From NCBI GenBank assembly GCA_963827235.1, contig CAWHAE010000010.1, positions 928,001-992,000 of the forward strand: 64,000 bases of DNA, in the 5' to 3' direction. The position numbers were made by a program, and so were the translations under genes. The DNA is from an uncultured bacterium. Its GTDB lineage: Bacteria; Chloroflexota; UBA5177; JANWHV01. This document shows positions 56,636 through 64,000 of this stretch, one piece after another. The notes below the pieces were generated by a model. It had not been told where the DNA came from. It was given only the letters and a program-made list of their open reading frames with translations, and did no database searches. The stretch's first letter is position 1, and the number at the start of each line of letters is the position of its first letter.

Positions 56636-59161
56636 CTACGCATCCGGGGTACCGGCTTGAGCCTGAGCCGGGGCGACTCTCAGCCGCAGCCGGAAGGTAC
56701 TGCCTTGCGGCCCGGTCGTTTCCAGGTCCAGATCGCCGCCCATCTGATTGGCCAGCCGTCGACTCAGATGCAGCCCCAGCCCGGTGCCCACCCGCCCGGC
56801 CCGCGTGCGGCTTCCCACGACTCGACTGAAACGCGCGAAGAGTCGCTCGCGGCCCTCCTCCGGCACACCCGGACCGTAGTCCCGCACCCGCACCACGGCC
56901 ATCCCGTTCTCAACGCTACTGACGACGACCACCGGGCATCCTACGGGTGAGTACTTGGCGGCATTGTCCAGCAAGTTGACGAGCACTCGTATCGCCCCGC
57001 CGGGATCGGCCAGTACCTGGACGGCGCAACACTCGTCGAACTCGATGCGCTGACCCTGGTAGATGCCCTGCACCTCGTCCCTCGCTTGGCGCAGCAGCTC
57101 GTTCACCCCGACGGCCATCGGACGAGGCGCCAACTCTCGTTGCTCCAGGCTACTGAGCAAGAGCAGATCTTCCACGAGCCGCCGTTGCCGGTTCGCGGCC
57201 CGGACAATCCTGCGAACGTGCTCGAGCTTGCTCGGATCCTCGAGGTGTTGCCAGCGTGCCTCGAGAATCTCGGCATAGCCGAGTACAGCGGTAAGCGGCG
57301 TCCGCAGCTCGTGGCTGACCGAGGCCACGAAGTCATCCTTCAGGCGTGCCAACTCCTCGGCAGCGCGCGCGCGCCGCTGCTCCAGCTGATACAAATGGAC
57401 GTTTCGCAGCGCCTGCGTCACGCGTTCGCCGAGCGCAACGGCCCGAGCGAGGTGCTGCCCGGAGTAGAAGTTGGGCGTGAAGCTGTCCACGTTGAACGTG
57501 CCGACCACCGTGCCGTCCAGCACCAACGGCACCAGGATCGAGCTCCGGATGGCGAACTGGCCCACCAGCGGCGGCACGTCGATCCAGTGAATCGCGGCGG
57601 TATCGGCAACCAGGGCCGGCCGGCCACTCAAGCCGTAGGCCATCACGGACTCGATTGCCTCTACCGGGAAGGCACGCGTCCCGTCCGGCTGCAAGGCCAC
57701 TCCTCGGCTGGCCGCGACCGTGGCCCAGCCATCCTCGTAGAGCAGAACACAGCTGTGGTCGCAGCGCAAGATCCGTTCGGCCTGCTCGAGGATCACGTCA
57801 TAGAGCCGGCTCGGCTCGAGCGTGCCGGCGAGGGCGCTGCCGACCGCGCTCATGGCCTCCGCTTCCTCGACCTGCTGCTGGCGCAGCCGGGCCAGCTCTT
57901 CTGCAGCGGCTCGGGCCTGCACCACGGCTGTGATGTCCCTGGCAATGACCGAGACGCCGATAACTGTGCCGTCGTCGTTTCGGATCGGTGAAGCGGTAAG
58001 CGCGACATGAACCAGACTGCCATCCTTGCGCAGGCGGATGGTCTCGTAATGGACGAGATGCTCGCCGCACGTTGCCCGCTGCACCATGCTCGATGCTTCA
58101 GCAGCGTACTCGAGCGACGCGAGCACAGCGTACGGCCTGCCGACGATCTCATCGGCACTGTAGCCATATACGTGCGCCGCGCCGGGATTCCAACTCTCGA
58201 TCCTGCCGCTCACGTCGATGCTGAAGATGGCGTCGTCCGACGCTTCCACCGTCGCCGCCAGCCGGGCCAACTTTCGCGCCCATTCGCGTTCCCGCTCACG
58301 CGTTGCTGCGGTCTCGGCCGCCTGCATGACCATACGCCCGGCAAGCCGGAGCAACGCCGTCTCGCCACTAGGCACATGTCGCGCATGGGGATGGAAGGTG
58401 CACAACGCGCCGTAGAGGCGGCCGTCGGTCCAACTAATCGGGACCACGGTGACCGCGCCGGCGCGCCAGTCGGAGCTTACGGCATTGGCCGCAAATCGGA
58501 CATCCGCGCGTACATCTTCGACGATCAGGACCGGCGTGTTCGAGTCGTCCAGGCCCTGCTCGTAGACGGCACTACACGGCACCGGGTCTCCCGCGCGCAG
58601 GCCCATGCCGACACGGTCGTAGAGCTGTTCGATCTGCAGCCTGCCGTCCACGACGCGGGCCAGGCAGGTGGCGCCGACTCGGAGGCTATCGGCTACCAGC
58701 GTAAGGATATTTGTCGTATCTTCCTGCGCGTTGTTCTGCCCACCGGTGCTCAGGAGTGACAGCTGCTCCAACCCGGAGACAACCGGCGGGCGCGAGCTTG
58801 CGTCCCGGGAAGCTGCGGCCGGCAGAGGGATTGCTGGAATGGGCTGGCCGTGTCCGGCGCTTGCCCCCGGTGCACTCTTGCCCAGGACCGCCTCGTCTCG
58901 AGCCGACGCCTCCGCCGATGCCCGCATCCGCTCCCTGAGTCGCAGGTGTTGTGCATACTGCTCTACGTCCGGCGGAATGAAGCGCGATGCGCCACCCGGC
59001 ATCTTGCAGGCGGCATGCAGGGTACCGGATTCGACGGCGCGCAGCACCGTGCGCTTGGAGACCCCAAGCAGCCCTGCAACCTGCCCGCTGGTGAGATACC
59101 CAGGGCCCATGCCGTCCCTCAGACCCTCTAGCTCGTGATGCATATTGCCCGCATCGATCAT
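56636..59161 (-). CDS. Soluble sensor histidine kinase: excisionase-type HTH - GAF - PAS - GAF - HisKA - HATPase
   Basis: YLTSGQVAGLLGVSKRTVLRAVESGTL..PGGASRF (HTH_17-like), SWNPGAAHVYGYSADE PAS, SHELRTPL, NLLDNAAKYS, DYGPG and GTGLGL. Confidence 0.9.
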   Translation of the reverse strand: MIDAGNMHHELEGLRDGMGPGYLTSGQVAGLLGVSKRTVLRAVESGTLHAACKMPGGASRFIPPDVEQYAQHLRLRERMRASAEASARDEAVLGKSAPGASAGHGQPIPAIPLPAAASRDASSRPPVVSGLEQLSLLSTGGQNNAQEDTTNILTLVADSLRVGATCLARVVDGRLQIEQLYDRVGMGLRAGDPVPCSAVYEQGLDDSNTPVLIVEDVRADVRFAANAVSSDWRAGAVTVVPISWTDGRLYGALCTFHPHARHVPSGETALLRLAGRMVMQAAETAATREREREWARKLARLAATVEASDDAIFSIDVSGRIESWNPGAAHVYGYSADEIVGRPYAVLASLEYAAEASSMVQRATCGEHLVHYETIRLRKDGSLVHVALTASPIRNDDGTVIGVSVIARDITAVVQARAAAEELARLRQQQVEEAEAMSAVGSALAGTLEPSRLYDVILEQAERILRCDHSCVLLYEDGWATVAASRGVALQPDGTRAFPVEAIESVMAYGLSGRPALVADTAAIHWIDVPPLVGQFAIRSSILVPLVLDGTVVGTFNVDSFTPNFYSGQHLARAVALGERVTQALRNVHLYQLEQRRARAAEELARLKDDFVASVSHELRTPLTAVLGYAEILEARWQHLEDPSKLEHVRRIVRAANRQRRLVEDLLLLSSLEQRELAPRPMAVGVNELLRQARDEVQGIYQGQRIEFDECCAVQVLADPGGAIRVLVNLLDNAAKYSPVGCPVVVVSSVENGMAVVRVRDYGPGVPEEGRERLFARFSRVVGSRTRAGRVGTGLGLHLSRRLANQMGGDLDLETTGPQGSTFRLRLRVAPAQAQAGTPDA

Positions 59162-59512
59162 CTTCGCCGATGCTACCGTGCGCTCCCCGAGCGTGACAAT
59201 CACCCGGATGGTGATCTCTCCACTGGCACGATTCTGGCACGATCCCTCCCCTGTCCGTGCCCCTACTATCCGGTGACTCTTCTTCTCTGGGGTTCTGCCG
59301 ATAGAAAGGGTGTATGAAAACGTGCCAACGCGGCCAACATGGCTCGCATCGCCTGCCGGGCGCCGATCGTGGCGAGGCATCGGATCGGCTACCGGGCGGC
59401 GATGCAGCGCGAGACAGGAGTGGTATCTGCGGCCAGCGTTCACGTCCTTCTGATCCGGTGCTCGTGCACCTCTGTGCGTATAAACCTCGTGTGGCGACAT
59501 AGGAGTGAGCCG

Positions 59513-61087
59513 ATGACATGGTTTAGAAACTGGCGGATGACATCCAAGCTGAGCAGTGGCTCTGTGCTGATATGCCTAGCAGGCTTCGCCGCGGGGCGAG
59601 CCGGCTACGCCGCGCTTGCGCCGGTGGCGATTGTTGCGCTGGTACTTGGCTGGGCTCTCGCACGCTCATATGCTCGACCACTGGGGGAGCTCAAAGAAGC
59701 AACCAGCATGGTCATGAAAGACGCGATGCCTGTACTTCTCGACGGCATCACCGCACTCTCCCAAGACGATCTGACGCGCGCCTATCACATCGGCATGCTC
59801 AAGGAGCCAACGCTCACCTACGTGGGCACCGATGAGCTAGGGCAGGCTACCCAAGCCGTGCGGCTGACCATCGGGCAGATCGGTGCCTGCCTCCGGGGCT
59901 ATGAACAAGCTCGCATCGCGCTCGAGCGGATCGTGCATCACGTGAGAAACTCCTCCGAGCAAGTCGACCATGGCGCAAATGAGCTGGCGCAGGCCACCCA
60001 GCAGATCGGGCAGGCGAGCACGCAGATCGCGCGCGCAATAGAGGACGTCGCTCGCGGTGCGTCGGAACAGAGCAAAGGCGTGACCGAGATGTCGCAGATG
60101 GTCAGCGAGCTGGACGCCGCCGTGCGACAGGTAGCCGAGGACGCGGCGCAACAGGCGGCGACCGCTGGACCACTCTCGGTCGCTCTGCAGGGCATGAGCG
60201 CGGCGCTGGTTGGTGCGAACGAGAGTCTCGGCACGGTGACCCAGGCCGCCACACAGGCCTCGCAGACCGCCCAGGATGGGGGCCAGGTGATCGACCAGAC
60301 GGTCACGAGCATCGGCGCGGTGCGCAACGCCATGCAGCAGAGTGCCGAACAGGTGGAAGCGTTGGGGCAGCGCAGCGCGGAGATCGGCCAGATTGTCGAG
60401 GCGATCGACGACATCGCCGCGCAGACGAACCTGCTCGCGCTCAACGCGGCGATCGAGGCAGCGCGGGCCGGCGAGCACGGGAAGGGCTTCACGGTCGTGG
60501 CGGCCGAGGTGCGCAAGCTGGCCGAGCGGTCGTCGAACGAGACCAAGGAGATTGCCGGCCACATTCGCTCCATCCAGCAGCAGGTTGGCGAAGTGGTGGC
60601 GGCCATGCACGCGGCAAGTGCCGCGGTCACCGAGACGGCACAGCTGGGCGAGCAGACGAAAGACACGCTGCAAAACATCGTCAAAGTTGTCGACGGGACC
60701 AGGAGCCAGGTCCAGAGCATCAGCGCGGTGACTGAGGAAATGGGGCGGCAGGTCGGTGCCGTCAACGAGATGGCGCTGAAACGCAACCAGATCGCCGAAG
60801 CCACCAGACTGGCCACAGAGGTGATGGCGGCCCGCTGCGATCATTTGAGCCACAGCATCGAGAGCATGGCAGCGGTGAGCGAGGAGAGTGCGGCGAGTGC
60901 CGAAGAGGTGAGCGCCTCCACGCAAGAGCAGACGGCCGGAGTGGAACAGATGAGCGCGGGTGCCCAGGAGCTGGCGGCACTGGCCCAGGGACTCGAAGAT
61001 CTGGTAGAGCACTTCACCGTGGACGGGGCCAGCGCGACGCCGGAAGCGGCGGCCACGCAGCGCGCTCACCCAGCTCGTGTGGCCTGA
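59513..61087 (+). CDS. Methyl-accepting chemotaxis protein lacking an extracellular ligand-binding domain
   Basis: ATG 59513 after AGGAG. Two adjacent hydrophobic segments, HAMP (DELGQ) and [38 protein letters not shown]. Confidence 0.93.
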   Translation: MTWFRNWRMTSKLSSGSVLICLAGFAAGRAGYAALAPVAIVALVLGWALARSYARPLGELKEATSMVMKDAMPVLLDGITALSQDDLTRAYHIGMLKEPTLTYVGTDELGQATQAVRLTIGQIGACLRGYEQARIALERIVHHVRNSSEQVDHGANELAQATQQIGQASTQIARAIEDVARGASEQSKGVTEMSQMVSELDAAVRQVAEDAAQQAATAGPLSVALQGMSAALVGANESLGTVTQAATQASQTAQDGGQVIDQTVTSIGAVRNAMQQSAEQVEALGQRSAEIGQIVEAIDDIAAQTNLLALNAAIEAARAGEHGKGFTVVAAEVRKLAERSSNETKEIAGHIRSIQQQVGEVVAAMHAASAAVTETAQLGEQTKDTLQNIVKVVDGTRSQVQSISAVTEEMGRQVGAVNEMALKRNQIAEATRLATEVMAARCDHLSHSIESMAAVSEESAASAEEVSASTQEQTAGVEQMSAGAQELAALAQGLEDLVEHFTVDGASATPEAAATQRAHPARVA

Positions 61088-61440
61088 CGGCGGTCGCTTT
61101 GACTATCACATTTGCTTCCCGCCCGCGATCTCGCCAACAGCCTGACCGCAGTATAGGTCCTCGCCTACGCACGACCTATGGGACATGCCGGTATTCGTGC
61201 GAGTCCGCATATCCCCGCTGACGAGCGTCCTCAGCCGTGGCACAATGTGGCTACGCCCGATGTGAGGCCAGGCTGTGCGCCCCGAGCCGATATGTCAATT
61301 CACGGCTCGGGGCGCTGCGCATTTGTTGGAGCCGGGCCGAAGCGGACAGCAAGACCACCGGGATGCCGTGGGCGGCGAGAGGAACCAGGTGGTCACGGGG
61401 TCGAGTCATTGCGCCAGGCTTCGAAGCTGCGTGCCTGGAT

Positions 61441-64000
61441 TCAGTTGGCTGCCGCAGGCAAGCGCAGGCAGAACACACTGCCACATGGTCCGGTTGATTC
61501 GAGCTCCAGAGTGCCTCCCATGGCCCGAGCGTATTCGCGGCCCAGGTACAGGCCAAGGCCCGTGCCCACGCGGCCAGCACGCATGCGGCTGCCCGGAACG
61601 CGTCCAAAGCGCGTGAACAGCATCGCACGGCCCTCCTCGGGAATGCCGGGTCCATGGTCACGCACGCGCACCAGTGTCATGCCGTCCTCCGTGCCCCAGG
61701 ACACCTCGACGGCACTGCCTTCCGCAGAGTACTTGGCCGCGTTGTCCAGCAGGTTGATCAGCACCTGTTCCACGTGCGCGGCGTCGGCTAGAGCCATGAG
61801 ACCCGGTGGTCCAGTGGCATCGATCGGTTGGTTGCCATAGCTCGCATTCACCACGTCCACGGCCTGAGCAACGACCCGGAGGAGTGGGACCGCTTGAATA
61901 TGGAGGGTGGGTTCGGTCGATTCAAAGGTGCTGACCCGCAGCAAGTCGTCGATCAGCCGTTTCTGGCGATTCGCCGCCAGTACGATCCGCTGGAGATTGG
62001 TTCTTCGCTGCGCCTCGCTCAGCTGCGACCAGTGCGCATCGAGCACCTCCGCATAGCCGAGCACGGTGGTCAGCGGCGTGCGCAACTCGTGACTGACTGT
62101 GGCTACGAAATCGTTCCGCAGCTCGGCCAACTGCTCTGCTAACCGCGCACGCTTCTGCTCGAGCTGATACTGACGTGCGTTCCAGAGTGCCTGCACGCAG
62201 CGCTCGCTGAATGCGCGGGCTACCTCCAGGTGTCGCTGGGTGTAGGTGTTTGGTGCCGAGCTCGCTAGTGCCAGACATCCGTAGGTCTCCCCGTGGACCA
62301 CCAGAGGGAGAATGATCGTGCTCCGCACCTCGTACTCGCCCTCCCAGGGGGCGAGCACCTGCCAGCCGGGTGTGTCGCGCGTCTCGTTCAGCAGCCGGGG
62401 CTGATCCCGTGGTCCTAACAATCCCTCGGGCCCCGAGATTGGGGGAAGCTGCAGGCCTTCAGGCGGCTGCGGCTCACCGTACGCCCCGGCGACTACCACA
62501 CTGCTGCCTCGGTAGGCGAAGATGTACGCACCCGTGCACGGCACGACCCGCGCCATCTGCGCCAGGATGCGCGCATACACGGGTTCCGGTTCCAGTACGC
62601 TCGCCAGCGCGGCACTGGCTTCCGATAAGGCTTCCGCAATCGCAGCCTGCTCCGATCGCTCCCGCGCCAGCTCGCGCAACGCCTGTTCCCTCTCTATGCG
62701 CTCCGTCGCGTCGCGCGTGGTTATCTGGAATTCCAGCACCTCACCAGTCGCCGCGTCGCGGACCGAGCGGCCGGTAGACTCTACCCACACGTAGCCGCCG
62801 TCGCCGCGCTTGTGGCGATAGCCTGTAGGCGCCTTAGCCGGCCCTTGCGGAAGCCGGGAGAGCGCAGTCCTGACGTTCTCCAGGTCGTCCGGATGAATGA
62901 GTTCCAGGCCATGCCGGCCGACCAGCTCGCTCGGATCAAAGCCGACCAACTGGCGAGCAGCAGGCGAGACATACAGCACCGTCAGATCCGCCCCTAGCCG
63001 GACGATCATGTCGCTGGAGTTCTCCGCCAGCAGGCGGAACTCCTGCTCGTTCCTCCGAAGGGCCGCTTCGGCGTGAAGCCGGTCCGTGATTTCGACGAAC
63101 ATGACCGCCACGTGGCCGGGCGCCGGACGATAGGCATGCACGTCGTAGTGCCGGTCCCGAACGTGGTCGTGATACTGGTAGACCAGCGGCTGGCCGGTCC
63201 GCGCCACCGCGCTTCCCGTTTCAAGCCACCAAGACTCCGAGTGCAGGTGCATGGCACGGATCGTCTTGCCCACCAACTCGTTGGCTGACAAGCCGGCGAT
63301 ACGCTCGAAGGCTGGGTTGACCTCGAGGAAGCGGAAGTCGAGGGGCATGCCCGATTCGGATGAAACCGCCTCGAACAGGCCGATGCCAGTCGGGGTATGT
63401 TCCCAGAGCAGGCGATACTGCCGCTCGCTCTCACGCAACGCTTCGTCCGCTCGCTTGCGCTCGCCGATGTCCCGCGCTATTGTGGACGCACCCAGCAGCC
63501 GGCCGCCGGCATCACGCATCGCGGTAACGGTCAGCGACACGTCGATCGGCCTGCCGTCCCTGCGCACCCGCACCGTCTCGAGGTCGACGACGTCCTGACC
63601 GTGCTGGATCTGTTCCAGCAGACCTGTCTGTTCCTCCACGTGGTCGGGAGCTACCAACCGGCGGATGCTCAGGCCGATGGCTTCCTCCGCCGGGTAGCCG
63701 TAGAGCTGCACGGCAGCGGCGTTCCAGGTCTGGATCACGCCGGACTCGGACACGCGGAAGATGGCGTCGCGCGACTGCTCCACGATGGCCGCCAATTGCG
63801 CCGCCTGGTCAGCTGCCTGTCGCTCCCGCTCCCGCAGGCCGGCCTCTTCCAGCGAGTGCATAGCCATCCGCCCGGCCAGGCGCAGCAGCGATGCCTCTTC
63901 GCCGCGCACGTTCCGCGCGGCAGGATGCAGGGTGCACAGCGCGCCGTACAGCTGGCCCGCGGTCGTGCGCACCGGCACCGCGGTCAGTGTGCCCACGCCC
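61441..64000 (-). CDS. Soluble sensor histidine kinase GAF - 3xPAS - GAF - HisKA - HATPase (5' end outside the window)
   Basis: SHELRTPL, NLLDNAAKYS, DHGPG and GTGLGL. GAF and kinase segments closely parallel the 56636-59161 protein. Confidence 0.92.
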   Translation of the reverse strand, partial: GVGTLTAVPVRTTAGQLYGALCTLHPAARNVRGEEASLLRLAGRMAMHSLEEAGLRERERQAADQAAQLAAIVEQSRDAIFRVSESGVIQTWNAAAVQLYGYPAEEAIGLSIRRLVAPDHVEEQTGLLEQIQHGQDVVDLETVRVRRDGRPIDVSLTVTAMRDAGGRLLGASTIARDIGERKRADEALRESERQYRLLWEHTPTGIGLFEAVSSESGMPLDFRFLEVNPAFERIAGLSANELVGKTIRAMHLHSESWWLETGSAVARTGQPLVYQYHDHVRDRHYDVHAYRPAPGHVAVMFVEITDRLHAEAALRRNEQEFRLLAENSSDMIVRLGADLTVLYVSPAARQLVGFDPSELVGRHGLELIHPDDLENVRTALSRLPQGPAKAPTGYRHKRGDGGYVWVESTGRSVRDAATGEVLEFQITTRDATERIEREQALRELARERSEQAAIAEALSEASAALASVLEPEPVYARILAQMARVVPCTGAYIFAYRGSSVVVAGAYGEPQPPEGLQLPPISGPEGLLGPRDQPRLLNETRDTPGWQVLAPWEGEYEVRSTIILPLVVHGETYGCLALASSAPNTYTQRHLEVARAFSERCVQALWNARQYQLEQKRARLAEQLAELRNDFVATVSHELRTPLTTVLGYAEVLDAHWSQLSEAQRRTNLQRIVLAANRQKRLIDDLLRVSTFESTEPTLHIQAVPLLRVVAQAVDVVNASYGNQPIDATGPPGLMALADAAHVEQVLINLLDNAAKYSAEGSAVEVSWGTEDGMTLVRVRDHGPGIPEEGRAMLFTRFGRVPGSRMRAGRVGTGLGLYLGREYARAMGGTLELESTGPCGSVFCLRLPAAAN

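Noticed and set aside
58960-59100. Excisionase-like HTH as evidence of a prophage or ICE
   Set aside because: It is in frame with a histidine kinase, and no phage or integrase genes are present.
59297-59304. GCCGATAG as a sigma-28 -10 for the MCP
   Set aside because: No TAAA-like -35 at 15-nt spacing. The TAAA at 59481 is 24 nt from the next GCCGAT.

Overview
High-GC bacterial genomic DNA, most consistent with a monoderm, flagellated Chloroflexota-like organism (inferred from gene content, not proven). 1-18.2 kb is a minus-strand flagellar cluster: flgL (partial), flgK (frameshifted), flgN, flgM, flgG, flgF, fliA, degenerate flhF, flhA, flhB, fliR, fliQ, fliP, fliO-like, fliN/Y, fliM, motB, motA and flbD. 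No flgH/flgI/flhG is in view, an antisense rmlC sits between fliP and fliQ, and a secreted LPSTG-tailed protein lies inside the operon. A sortase and an amidase flank the cluster. The rest holds a corrinoid-reactivation ASKHA protein, an LLM oxidoreductase, a GH76 + two GT-C mannosyltransferases + acyltransferase locus, a VapBC-type TA pair, ArsB/USP, a CDF transporter, a ROK-regulated sugar ABC/rhamnosidase locus, a diguanylate cyclase, MMPL/TetR, and an MCP between two paralogous soluble histidine kinases. The best candidate for an undescribed system is at 33.4-38.2 kb: a small secreted peptide, an NHLP-leader-like protein and an HD-GYP phosphodiesterase, divergent from a MalT-like ATPase-TPR-BTAD regulator. 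It may be a peptide-signalling cassette coupled to cyclic-dinucleotide turnover. Several genes carry indels that look like sequencing errors. No rRNA, tRNA, CRISPR array or transposase was recognised. All family assignments come from motifs read by eye; no database search was run.
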